A stretch of DNA of 64,000 nucleotides from Mayamaea pseudoterrestris (Eukaryota): assembly GCA_027923505.1 (NCBI GenBank), contig BROI01000002.1:930001-994000 (forward strand). The letters are read 5' to 3'. Below the pieces are notes generated by a model, which worked only from the letters and a program-made list of their open reading frames with translations, did not search any database and was not told the origin of the DNA. A program made the translations under genes and the position numbers. Of this stretch, positions 46,122 to 57,868 are shown in pieces. Numbering within the stretch: the stretch's first letter is position 1; every line of letters begins with the position of its first letter.

Positions 46122-46755
46122 ATGAGAATCCCTTTCATTGCAACGTGTCTAATGCTAATGTTTCAAGCAGATGCATGGTCGCAGAGGACTCCATACGCTT
46201 CCTCTCGTCGAGCATTCCTGGTTTCGACAGCGGCATCCACAATTCTTGGCAGCGCATCATTACATGTTCCAGCAGCCAATGCAGCATCTTCAAATCTCTT
46301 GATTGACGAATTGAAGGATTCAAAGTCTAAACTTATTGAAGTGCCGGATTTGCTGGAACGACAGGAATGGGACAAGGTCCGCAACATTTTAAAGTCACCA
46401 CCAGTGAACAAGTAATGGAATCTTGGTGAAGTAAGTTGAGATGATGGAGCGTAACGAGCATCCAGTAAGGTAGTTCTTCCGTGTATATCTTATCCGCTCA
46501 CCTTTTCCGCCTTCTTCTCGTTTAAAGTCGCAAAATACGTTGACCAAACTTGCCAAGGAGTCTGGCAATGTCGACCTCTTTGAGCTCAAGGACGAGCTAG
46601 CCACGACGATTCAAATGTGCGACCAGCTCACCTACGACAATGTATTCATTTACTATCAGCCTGGTAACGGAAAGATCAACATCAAGGAGCCTGTCAGTTT
46701 GGCCAAGCAAGCGATACAGCAACTGCAAACTGCGATTGAAACGGCGAGCGAATGA
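46122..46755 (+). pseudogene. PsbQ-like thylakoid-lumen protein gene interrupted by an in-frame TAA (46413-46415); intron 46431..46527
   Basis: Signal peptide ending ADA-W, twin-arginine SSRRAFL, AxA site PAANA, and EWDKVRNILKSPP. After the TAA the frame continues WNLGE, then a GTAAGT..TAAAG intron, then SQNTLTKLAK...LQTAIETASE*. It may be a functional gene with an assembly error. Confidence 0.6.
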
Positions 46756-47387
46756 AAGAGTTGCGACAAGCAAGCAATACAACATCTACGTACTCTAGAA
46801 GATCGAGTACGAGGAAGAAACCTAGACCGATGCGATGAATTGTCTACAGCAATAAAATAGATGCTAATAAAGTAAATAACGAGTGACTACATATGACATC
46901 AGAGACATAACTCATGTGGACTAAACGAGCAGCAAGCTGCTTTGGAAATCATAGTCGGTCTAATGCAGGTCACGATGACGACGGCACACTGGAGACTTGA
47001 CGAGTTTTTGGATGACTTTAAGGGTGAGTCGACATAAGTAGGCTGCGTCGGTCGATCACTATACCGCCGAACGCAGCAGGAGCTCCGAGAGGTAGCATGG
47101 ACGGCTAGGTCGAGACTTCATTATTTCACACTTTGCTACGCCAAATAATGTACAGCCATAAAGTAATACACCAACTGCATTGTATTATAGTAATTAACTG
47201 TTATATTAAAATGATCCGTCAAATGAATTGATTCATACAGCCCGCCGTCGGTTGCTGTTTAACGAGGATATTAGGGGCAAGCAGTCGACCAAAACATACA
47301 ATGTCTTGCGTAGTGACTTTTTATGCGCTTGTAAAAGGATACTTCACTCCGAGAGTGAGTCATAGACCAAGGTCCAGGCCCGAGCGA

Positions 47388-48733
47388 CTAAAAGTCGCAG
47401 GAGATCGCCGTATTGGCGACGCCTCCGTAGCGCTGGCTTGAATACTTTTTGTTGACTGCGCGAAGCTCTTGGTTCGAGTTCGCCTTCTCCGCGAGAATGG
47501 CGCGCGCAACAGGGATGATTTCCTCTTCAAAGTAGTCAGCATACTTGACCATGGTTGCACTCCATCCGTTGCGACCGACCGAGCGGCGCGCGATAAAGAC
47601 GGCTGCAGCGGCAAGCTGACTGGGAAGGTAGTGCAAGAGGTTGTATGACTGGAGGGTTCCGTCCAAAATGTAGCACGACAGCTGTACAATCTTCTTGTCG
47701 GCATGTCCGGCCTTAAGGTGACGGACGAGGAAGACGTGGGCCGATGGAATGGTGATGTTGTACGCGAGCGCTTTGAGTACCGTCTCCTCCATTTCAATGA
47801 TGTCCTGGCGCGTGTAGGCGCGGTCGCAGATGTAGACAAGGTCGCGGAGCTCGGGAGGGTAGATCTCTTCGTACTTGGACGCAATCAAGAGACAGGTGAC
47901 TCCGACGAGCTGGAGACGAGGACGAGTGACTTCCTGGCGCTCAAGGTAGCGGTCAATGAGGTTGACTGTGAGATAGAGTGTCTCCGGAACAAGCTTGAAC
48001 TTGAGGTGGACTTCGACAAGCCAGTCAATGAGAATCGATCGCATGCGCTCGTTAATGTGCTTCTGTGATTCCATGTAGACTGGACGGACCGAGGTAGACT
48101 CTTCCTTGCCGCGGAAGTAGTCATACATCTCGTCGACGTACGCCGTGACGCAAAGCGGGTCCTCCTTGTCGCGCTCGTCAATGTCGTCGCAACTGCCAGT
48201 CATCTGGTATGACGCAGGATCGACTCCTAGCTGCGAGCGACGATCCTTCTTGATGTCGCGTTCCTTTTTGACTTCGCGCAAGGTAGGAAAAGCATCCTGC
48301 TGCATGGCGGCGAAAGCGTTGGGTTCCATCGGCTCCATGGGAGCGCGAGCGACGACAACCTTGTCGGGGTTACGCTCCATGGATCGCGTCTTGACACCAG
48401 TTGATCGCTTCGTCGCGACGACAGCCTTGTTCTGCTTACCGACAGCGCTATTACGAACGTTGCTGACATCCTGTAGTGGAGGAGAAAAGGATTGGAGTGA
48501 GTCGTTGGTTTTAGCGAGGATGGCGATGCAGCAGCATTCTAATCAAGGACGGCGTCCACCGATCGACTCAAGGCTTCTCGTGAGCAAACATCATGCCCCC
48601 ATTGCAAGCAAGTAATGCTGTTCATTTTCGTGAGTATTTGCTTGTTCAATCGCGCACTTACTTTGAAGGCCCGACGAGCCGCTGGAGCAGCCGTTGGTGC
48701 CGACTTGTCAACGACTTGACGAGTGCTGTTCAT
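47388..48733 (-). CDS. CYCB: Mitotic B-type cyclin; 2 exons (48733..48662, 48470..47388)
   Basis: Cyclin box INERMRSILIDWLVEVHLKFKLVPETLYL, LQLVGVTCLLIASKYEEIYPP, AVNKKYSS. Splicing the 191-bp intron creates the D-box RRAFK|DVSN. Confidence 0.93.
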
Positions 48734-50292
48734 AATGTCTAGTCTTTCGAAATACAATCAAATATCACGAGAGCAGGATGAATAGAAGAAGCGGGGGAAG
48801 AATGGAATGCGAGAGTAGTGATGAGTATTGAGATGCAAGCAACAAAATCACAATGTGCTCGCTGCTTCCAAACTGTGAGAGTCGTCGGAGCACCGATCAG
48901 GGCTTCCGGCTCGCCGACAGCGATGTATCTTCAGTCATGTATATCTTTATATTCAATTCAAGTGAGTACCGTGTCGATATTTTTACTTAGCGCCATCAGA
49001 ATACCAGCGATAGTGACGTCATCAGCGTCGCAAAGATTCGATTCAAAGGTATCTTTTCAGTGTCAATCATAAGTAAATGGATCGCCTGCCGGCTATCATC
49101 GGACACGAGATGACCGTGCACTTCACCATGGTCGGAGTAAAAGCAACTCCAAACACTACTACAAGAGCTGATGAAGATATACTCACCGTATCGGCCTGTA
49201 TCAGCAAATACTCCCACCTAAGATTTTGATTTATCATTCAAGAGCAAGAACGACGCAGTTGCGACTGCGAGGTGATTGTCGTTAACATGGCTGGCAGATA
49301 GCTAATGTTAGCTAACTATTGTCATGAGACATGCTTGAATAATTCAGTTTTGTTATAATCTTTTTTCGCTGCACACTTTACAAGAGGTTGACGTATATAC
49401 TGACCGATTTAATTCGTATTGATATACTAGCGTAAACGCTGGCGACAGAGATATACAAAAGCGCATTGCCACCCATATACGGTCCATTTTGACATGTTTG
49501 ATAGCCAACTCTCACGACGTTGCAGCAAGGCTCCATTTTAAACAAAGTCCAACGAGAGTTGCCACTGATAGCCGTTTGTATTTTCTAGCCGCTGCAGCTT
49601 TCGCTGCTTGCGCTTTGCCAGGGCTATCTCGCGAACATGAGTGTAAAAAGAACCATGAGCGTCTTGGCACTGCGCAACCGTTAAGACTCCCTTGTGTAGG
49701 ATTGTCCCGCCCGCGGCCGACTTGGTCAGGTTGGTGAAGATGCGGCTCCATGTGCATATTCTCCGCGGAGATTGGATGATTCGGCAAAATGTCAAGTAAG
49801 ACTGGTAACCTTTTTTAGGCGTATTTCCCCTCAATCGCTTCCAAAAGCACAGCGAATTCGTGGTTGTTCACTGTCCGACGAATGGCGAAGAACACTGCAA
49901 CTCGTCGAGAAACAAAATCGATCGACGACGAAGGTGTCGTGATACAATCGAGCTCGTCGCTCTCGTCGATTCTCAGCATAAAGTTTGATCTGAGTAAAGG
50001 CGACTTGAACTGTTTTGAACCATTATGCAAGTCGCTTCGTATCCTTTTCGCTTGCGACCGATGCTGTTAAAACCATTTCGAGTTGCTGCACTCCCAACTC
50101 CAAACATGGTGAATGGATCTGAGGATAATGCGGTTTGCGCAAGCTCAAGTAAACAAAATATAACGCAAAATGGCATCAGCTCTGGTGGCGTCCTTTGCGC
50201 CATTGCGTATAACTACGGTATGGAGCCTTCCTCTCGTTTTAACTTGCCATCACGTCGAATCGTCCACATGAACACCAAAATGAAATTTTGTT

Positions 50293-51693
50293 TCAAGCTT
50301 TCTTAACCTTTTCAAGTGAGAGCTGTTTGCGTCTCTTGAGCTCTCGCCGCAGTCCAATAAGGAGCGGCAGCAGCAAGGGAAATAGCAGAGGAGCAAATAT
50401 TGCAGAGTATTGATCCTTTGGAAAGTCGTGCGGCTCCACCAAGTCGGGATGGTTGTGTAGTGATGTTAGCTCGTCATGCAATGCTTCCACCTCGTCCATG
50501 GCGTCGTAATACAAGCCTTGTGCAGCCATGGTGTGGCTTTGCCTGAGACGTTCCGCAAGGTCCAGCCAATGGGCTACCATCGTTTCGCTTACATGAATTG
50601 TCGAGGTAGCGTTAAGTAAATTGCTTCGTTGCTCTTCCAGCTTGTTGTGAATCTCTCGAAAGCGACGTGCCAGCATTCTGTGGAACCACAGTTTCGTGTA
50701 CCATTGAGGAAAGGAGTAATCAATCGACTCGAATTTCACAAAATCAGTCATGTTTGGCGGCATGCCCATCCACTGGCCAAGCAACGTTTCCAATGGCGCA
50801 CCCAATGCATCGTCAATGTGCTGCAAGGTACTGCCAGTTGTCGCATGATTCGAAAAAATAGAGACTAAATGATACCGTCGTTGGAACTGGCGGTGACTCG
50901 TATCATTACATATTTTAGAAGATTGGCTGGGAATGAACAGGCTCAAACAAAACGAGTCATTGCTTCTTCTGTCACATTCAAAAGTGTCAGCAGTCATGTT
51001 TGCAAGTGAAAAGATGAATGGATCAATTTCGCCGTCGGGAAAAACAGGTTCAATAGCCAGACTTGAAAGGTCAAACAGCTTTGCCTTGACTATCACGTCC
51101 CTGACGCAAGGCCAGTCCATAATGCGCTTTTCCTCCACCCATTGCCGAAACGAGGCCTTGTACACTGACAGATCGTCTCGCGTTGGAGCGTGTATGGTCA
51201 CCTCCAAATTTCGTCGCTCCATTGTTTCGCTCGGATACAGCTGCTGCATGTCATTCTTTCGTTGTCGCAAACCGCGCGAATATAGAACGGTGGATGCGTT
51301 GACAATTACCATTTTCATCTCCGTCGGTGGAGGGACGGATTCGCAGATCCAAACGTCAGCGTCCGAGACTGTCGGTTTCGTGGGATTCTGACAGACTGAC
51401 TGTAAATCGGGATGCGACTTGACTTGAATAATATCATCATCCCTGCGAGTCTCCTTCAAGTAGTTGTTCCAAAAGCCAATTTGACTGTCGGCGGAGATAA
51501 AAGTGACGGGTGGCAAGGCTGCGATGCTAGTGGACGAAAGATTTTTTCCGCGCAACAGCCATCGAGCGTCGCGGCTTCCAAACAAATGTCGCGACACTAA
51601 ATCGTTCCAGAGACCCAAATAAAAGGCAGCAATGACTAATACGACGAATTGACTGATGAATAACGCTTGTAGGTACAATCGAGTGCCGGCCAT
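50293..51693 (-). CDS. PIGS: GPI transamidase component PIG-S-like (divergent)
   Basis: N-terminal TM and lumenal domain. C-terminal HPDLVEPHDFPKDQYSAIFAPLLFPLLLPLL resembles the PIG-S FP..H..AVY.PLF.P motif; dilysine-like end KVKKA. Confidence 0.65.
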   Translation of the reverse strand: MAGTRLYLQALFISQFVVLVIAAFYLGLWNDLVSRHLFGSRDARWLLRGKNLSSTSIAALPPVTFISADSQIGFWNNYLKETRRDDDIIQVKSHPDLQSVCQNPTKPTVSDADVWICESVPPPTEMKMVIVNASTVLYSRGLRQRKNDMQQLYPSETMERRNLEVTIHAPTRDDLSVYKASFRQWVEEKRIMDWPCVRDVIVKAKLFDLSSLAIEPVFPDGEIDPFIFSLANMTADTFECDRRSNDSFCLSLFIPSQSSKICNDTSHRQFQRRYHLVSIFSNHATTGSTLQHIDDALGAPLETLLGQWMGMPPNMTDFVKFESIDYSFPQWYTKLWFHRMLARRFREIHNKLEEQRSNLLNATSTIHVSETMVAHWLDLAERLRQSHTMAAQGLYYDAMDEVEALHDELTSLHNHPDLVEPHDFPKDQYSAIFAPLLFPLLLPLLIGLRRELKRRKQLSLEKVKKA

Positions 51694-51816
51694 GTTGATG
51701 AAGTTTATGGTTTGTTTTGCGGTCGCGCCGGAAACGGAGGTGTTAAAAAGACGCAGCGGTACTCAGAGAGACACTTGAGGTTCGTCCAGTTTCTTCTTCA
51801 ACAATGAAACACGACC

Positions 51817-53772
51817 ATGAACTACTCTGCTACGCTACTTCTTGTACTGCTACTAGGCTATCTACATGTTGCCAATGCGTTCCATGTGCAATCACAATCT
51901 ACGACAAGGGCGTCATCATTGTTCGTCGCCTTGTCGCCGCCGAAGAATGAGTTGCCCATCACTGCTTTTGCGACTCGCTCATTCGTCAAGCCAAAGCGAC
52001 CATCGACAGCAAGCGTTCGAAACGATATCTCCAATCAACTGGCAGCAACTATATCCATTCGCAGACCTGTCAATTCCAATCAAGTTGCATGGGAACGAGG
52101 CAAGGAAGTCATTGGTTTAGTATTTGGTCAAGTCATATGTCCCCTCGTGACAACCTTTCTGTCAAGCGGCATGGTCAACGAGACGGACTTTTGGGAAACT
52201 TCTCGCAACAACATGTCCAACGCCGATCGAGTCGTCAAAACGATCGAAGACTTGGGTTGCACGTACGTCAAGTTTGGACAGGCGCTGGCATCCCGACCCG
52301 ATTTAGTACCTGCGCCTCTCGCCAAGGCGTTATTAAAGCTGCAGGATGACATGGAACCGTTTCCAACAGGCATTGCACGAGACATTATCGTGCAGGAGCT
52401 ACTACATTGTTCATCAAACGTTTCCGCCAAGGACCTCGGGTTGCTACTGAGCAGCTTGTCAGCGACTCCCGTTGCTGCCGCATCCATTGGACAAGTCTAC
52501 AAGGGGCACATGCCTGGATTCGGTTTCGTCGCCATCAAGGTGCGTCGACCAGACATTCAGGAGACGATTGCGCGCGACGCCGCCTTGTTGAAATCAGTGG
52601 CATTTGCGATTGAATCTATTAAAATTGGATCGAAGCAACTCGTCAAAACCAAATTGGTGGATGCCGTCAACGAGTTTATGAGTCGACTCGACGAGGAACT
52701 GGACTATCGCAACGAAGCCAGCAATATACGCAAGTTTAGTGACTTGTACTCGCATCGAAGGGCTGCGTCAAACAACGACAACAGCAGCAAAGTGCGAGTG
52801 GTAGTGCCGCAGGTACTTGACAATCTCTGTACCGATAATGTACTGGTCATGGAATGGATTGAAGGGTCCAAACTCACAGACGTGGACCACAAAGATCCAA
52901 AGCTGATTCGCGAAAACTTGGCACTGATACAAATGGGCATTGAGTGTACGCTTTCGCAGCTGCTGGAGACGGGAGTCTTGCATGCGGACCCACATGCTGC
53001 GAATCTAATCAAGGTGCCACACGAAAACAATAAGGGTGCACGGTTGGGGTACTTGGATTTTGGGTTACTCAGCACTGTTCCAGAGACGGTTCGAGATGCT
53101 CTCGTTTGTTCCGTCGCGCAGCTAGTCTTCGCGCGAGATGTGGATGCCGTGGCAAGTTTGTTTGGTGAACTGCAGCTGCTGCCGGCGCATGTGGCATCTG
53201 ATCCGGAGCGGGCCTTGGCGCTAGCGCAAGCACTCGACAGTACCTTTCAACAAGTGTTGGAATATCCCGAATTCGCATCAAAGGACCCCAAGACATCAAC
53301 ACGCATTCCCAACCTACGTTTTGACCGCTTGCTGGAGTCGCTAGGTGGCATTCTGCCTGAATTTGAATTCAAGTTGCCGCCGTATTTCTTATCTAACTGT
53401 CGCGCGCTGGCAATCATGGAAGGCAATGCTAGAATGCTTGATCCCCAGTTCAATGTTTTGCAAGTACTATATCCATATGCCTTGAATCGTTTACTTTTGA
53501 ATCCTTCTGGAAGCAATGTTGTTGAGGCAACGCTATGGAGCCTGCTAACCGATCCTCAAACAAATGCAGTTGACGGTCAACGGGTCTTCCAGCTACTGGA
53601 TGACTCTTCGGCAATGACTGGATACTCGCGTCGAAAAGTTCTGCGCGACATTTTGTCGACACGAAAGGGAAGACAAGTCGCTCGCGCCGTTGCTGTTCAA
53701 CTTGGAAAGGGCCAAATATCTCGTCGGCGACGAAAGAGGCGGGTCAAAGCCAGTCATTTCTTCAGGTTATGA
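51817..53772 (+). CDS. ABC1/UbiB (ABC1K) atypical kinase, plastid-targeted
   Basis: LGCTYVKFGQALASRPDL, LQDDM, PVAAASIGQVYK, VAIKVRRP, ELDYRNEASN, VLVMEWIEG, HADPHAANL, YLDFGL. The signal peptide ends ANA-F. Confidence 0.95.
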   Translation: MNYSATLLLVLLLGYLHVANAFHVQSQSTTRASSLFVALSPPKNELPITAFATRSFVKPKRPSTASVRNDISNQLAATISIRRPVNSNQVAWERGKEVIGLVFGQVICPLVTTFLSSGMVNETDFWETSRNNMSNADRVVKTIEDLGCTYVKFGQALASRPDLVPAPLAKALLKLQDDMEPFPTGIARDIIVQELLHCSSNVSAKDLGLLLSSLSATPVAAASIGQVYKGHMPGFGFVAIKVRRPDIQETIARDAALLKSVAFAIESIKIGSKQLVKTKLVDAVNEFMSRLDEELDYRNEASNIRKFSDLYSHRRAASNNDNSSKVRVVVPQVLDNLCTDNVLVMEWIEGSKLTDVDHKDPKLIRENLALIQMGIECTLSQLLETGVLHADPHAANLIKVPHENNKGARLGYLDFGLLSTVPETVRDALVCSVAQLVFARDVDAVASLFGELQLLPAHVASDPERALALAQALDSTFQQVLEYPEFASKDPKTSTRIPNLRFDRLLESLGGILPEFEFKLPPYFLSNCRALAIMEGNARMLDPQFNVLQVLYPYALNRLLLNPSGSNVVEATLWSLLTDPQTNAVDGQRVFQLLDDSSAMTGYSRRKVLRDILSTRKGRQVARAVAVQLGKGQISRRRRKRRVKASHFFRL

Positions 53773-54206
53773 TGAAATCTGCTCCTTCTTATGTGCAAAC
53801 ATTGTGTGTCGCTGGCGAAGTTTCGAAATACTCAAAGAAAGATTGTAATACCAAAACTAACTATCGCACATGTTGGGTAGTGAAAGTAATCGCGTCGCAC
53901 GAGTCAATTGTTTTGTCGTAGCACCACTCATCGCGAAAGTTTCGCCAACCCACCACGACGTTTCTCAATCTTTTAAACCAAGAGGTTCCTCTCGCTCTCC
54001 CGGCTACTGGCAAACTTTCTTTGCAAAGATACACAGATCCAAGCCTTTCTCTGTATGTGAAAGAAGTTGCACTTGAACGATATAATCTCCAGTCTTAGTG
54101 GCGCATGATAAGCTGCTTCGCTGCCTCCTTAGTGCTGCGAGACGATCCCAATTTCGCTAGCAACAAGCTCGTCCAGTTCAATTAGCGAGCCAAACCAGCA
54201 ACCACC

Positions 54207-55618
54207 ATGTCCAACACTTCAGATGACATGTTTGGCTATGTGGCTGCCCTCGTGGCCGTTTTTGCCTATGGATCCTACGGCGTTCCCATCAAGGCAACAC
54301 TTTCCGTTCAATCAGTCCATCCGTTGGTGATTCAATCATACAAAACCATCACCATGGGGTTCATGAGCGCGAGCTTGATGCTATATAATCATGATAGTAG
54401 CGATGGTTGGTCGTCTTCATCACTAATTGTTACGAAATGGGGACTGCTGTCGGGCTTGCTTTGGGTTATTGGGGCAACATTCGGCATTTTCGCGATTCGA
54501 TCCGCCGGCATGGCGCAAGCCATTGGCACTTGGGCATCTGTCATGATTGCCGTCAATTTCATCTGGGGAATTCTAATTTTCCAAGAGCCAGTTGCTAGTG
54601 TCGGTGGAGCGCTTGGAGCCTTTTTGTTGCTTGGACTGGGTTTAGTTGGAATGAGTTGGTACTCGGCGCCGCAAATCGCAATCGGCGAGACAGACTCATT
54701 GTCAGATGAGGACGAAATGGACTTGAGAATTGTCACGAGTACCAGCGCCATTGTGACGCGTCATAGCCCCACCATGCGCCAATTACTTCCTCATCAGGAT
54801 CATCCATCGAGCTACCAGCATAACAGCAACAAGTGTGGAGACTCTTCTCCAACAGTTGATGAAGAAGGCATCTGCTACCGACAAGATACGCATGACTTGG
54901 AGGAATCTGCTGGCTGTAACATTGATACGATTGAAATCTTTGGTCGGCTTTGGACCCTTCGCGCCGCTGGCATTGCCGCGGCTGTTGTGAATGGCATTTT
55001 GAACGGTAGCTCCATGATTCCATTGCACTACGCCAAGCAGCAACCTGGCTACAATCTATCGGGCGCGGACTACTTCATGAGCTTTGCCATTGGAGCGCTC
55101 GTTGCAAATATAGTGCTTTGGGCGATTTACTACCTCGTGAATGTTGCCGATGAGGGGCACAAGGGGGCTGCCGTTGTTGGTGGATCGTTTAAACTGATTT
55201 CCGTGTTAAAGTTGGCGTTCGCCAAGCTTCCCGACTGGCACGTCCGACAGCTGTGGCTTGCTGGCTTTTCAGCAGGAATCCTTCTTTCGTTTGCCATGTT
55301 TGGGTCAATTTTGGCCGTGACGTATCTTGGTCAAGGCGTGGGGAATAGCATTGTTCAAGCCAAAATATTTGTGAGGTAAGTCCATGGATGACAAATCATG
55401 GTGCCGCTCGCATCATCTTGTTGCAATCATTAGTTGTTATCTATCAGCTGATGTCAATTGAAAAAAACTACTGTTCCCGCAGCGGTCTATGGGGAATCTT
55501 TTACTACAAGGAGATTATCGGACGAGAAACGATAAGCAAGTGGTTTGCGTCGGCGGCTGTGACAGTCACAGCCATCATATGGTTAACATACGAACGCCTT
55601 ACAGCAAATGGACACTAG
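54207..55618 (+). CDS. TMEM144/DMT-superfamily transporter; 2 exons (54207..55375, 55483..55618)
   Basis: AYGSYGVPIK, WGLLSGLLW, LGQGVG...FVS|GLWGIFYYKEI; 107-bp GT-AG intron. Confidence 0.8.
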
Positions 55619-56055
55619 TAATACTTTGACATGTGTATGATACATGATTCGTCAGAAAACAACATGATCGCTTCTACTGGTATTAATACCTACCGCTGGC
55701 GGCAGAGCTCGAGTCGTTTCTTTCCACTCTCCGCGCAAATTTCACTCCAAAGGCTTTGCTATAAAGCCCCTTCTCGGCCTGTCTGTTAATTTACTGGTTC
55801 TAGATTGCGGGGTCATCTACAAAAAAATGTTCACAGGCGCCTGTAAGGGAAGCAAAGGATCCACAATGAAACTTCTCGGTTGCATTGAAAAATCTGCCGC
55901 GCCGGCGCGCATTTTTTTGTCTCGCACCACCACTGAAGTGGTGACGTTTCCGTGGAGCTTCCAAAAATCCGTCGCCCGCTCATTCATCAACCATCATCTT
56001 GCGGTTGACCACTTGAGATTCACCAAAAGTTGTCTTTTTCGATTTGCTAGGAGCC

Positions 56056-57645
56056 ATGTCGACTGTCCTCTCATCAGTCGCCGGGGTGGCGGATCAGCTA
56101 ATCGACTATGTCTACAGCTGGGGTCCATTCGCCGAGTCCACCGTCGTTCTGGGTAAGTTTTGATGCTCAGCAGTCGATCTGAACCAAAATCTCTCTCAAT
56201 CGATCGCTTGCTAACTCTCGATTAACTCATGTTGCGCAGTACCGGATGTCATTCGCGTTCATGTGGCGAATCTCGCCGCTTCCATTGGATTTGATGTTGA
56301 AACACTCAACTATGTGCTTGGCATGTTTCTCTGCTACCCACTCGGCTTCATCATGACGAGTCTTCCCTACGGCCAGATACGTCATTTGTTTAGTTTTCTC
56401 CTGGGACTCTTTTTGTTGCAGTTTACGCTTGGAAAGCAGTGGATCCATCACATGATTACATCCCTGGTGGCCTATGCGCTCTTTTGCGTGCTGCCGCGCA
56501 AGACGGCCACGAAGCTTGTTCCTTCCTTTGTCATGGCGTACTTGCTGTTGGGACATTTGCATCGCCAGTATGTCAACTATCTCGGCTGGGATCTGGATTT
56601 CACTGGAACGCAAATGGTGTTGACGCAAAAGCTGTACATGATGGCGTACAATTTGTATGATGGCGAGGTGCTCGCCAAGGGCAAGGTGAATAACAAGGCG
56701 GCAGTCAAGTGCGCTCCGTTTGCATTGACAAAGCTACCCAACTTGCTGGAATATTTGGGTTACACGTTTTGCTTCGCCAATATTTTGTCAGGACCTGCCT
56801 ATGAGTTTGCAACGTACTGTCATCCTTGTGATGGATCCTTACTTTACAAGCCTGACGGCACTCCGCGCGGCAAGATTCCAAGCAATGTTTGGCCTACACT
56901 CAAGCCGTTCTTGACATGCCTCTTTTGCCTTGGTTTCTACGTTGTTGGTAATGCACACTTTCCGCTCTTTGATGCTGAGAATCCGCAAAAGAATGATCCT
57001 CCCATGCTGACTGCCGAGTTTGCCGAAAGGCCTTGGATCCATCGGTATTGCTACATGTGGATTGCCCTTCTCGTGCTTCGTCAGAAGTACTACTTTGCAT
57101 GGAAGAATGCTGAAGGAGCTAACAACATTTGGTATGCGGGTTTCGAAGGCTTTGATGAGACTGGAAAAGTCAAGGGCTGGGACCATGCTAACAATATGAA
57201 CATTATCGAATTTGAGACTGCTCCGAATGTGCAAACACTATCAAGGGAGTGGAACCGAAAGACGAGTGCATGGTTGACCAAGTACGTTTACATTCGCACA
57301 GGTGGTAACTTGATGGCTGTCTACTCGATGAGCGCGCTATGGCATGGATTCTATCCAGGATATTTCATGTTCTTTTTGAGCGTTCCGCTCATTACAATGG
57401 TCGAACGCGTCGGCCGAAAGAAGATTAGTCCCAACTTTTCGAGCGCCAAATGGAGCCTATACGGCATTGCTTGCATCCTTGCAACTTCCTTTGTTGTTGA
57501 GTACATGGTGTCGGCCTTCTCGCTGCTGGCATTCTGGCGTTCGTTTAATAACTGGAAGCAGTTTCATTTCTTTGGTCATATTCTGTGCGTGGTTGCGTAC
57601 ACGATATTGATGCTTTTGCCTTCGCCCAAGAAGAAGACTGCTTAA
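56056..57645 (+). CDS. LPCAT: MBOAT lysophospholipid acyltransferase (LPCAT/LPLAT); 2 exons (56056..56152, 56240..57645)
   Basis: DFTGTQMVLTQKL, LLEYLGYTF..LSGPAYEF, KYYFAW, WNRKTSAWL.KYVYIR, SALWHGFYPGY (catalytic His), ER retrieval KKKTA. An 87-bp intron supplies the ATG exon. Confidence 0.93.
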
Positions 57646-57868
57646 GCATGGCTAAAATATAACAGTAGAAGCAATTAACAGCTGGATTAACTTAATGACA
57701 TAGCTACTCGTCCCAAAATAAAAAAATCGCAACGAGCGAGGTGAGCGACACGATAGGATTGGTTCGTGGGCGCTGCGCTCTAATAAATTGTATCACCTCG
57801 ACAAATTAATATGTCCGAAGTCACACAACGGCGCCATGTATGTCGACATCAATCTGTTATTATTGCTG

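Noticed and set aside
47360..48615. Long alternative-frame and antisense ORFs over cyclin B (also over the Lsi2-like, CCT and TRMO genes)
   Set aside because: Expected shadows of strong codon bias; no recognisable domains.
48734..50292. Short ORFs (60-98 aa) in the 1.5-kb gap between cyclin B and PIG-S
   Set aside because: No motif and no convincing splice model; probably promoter/UTR, though a small gene cannot be excluded.
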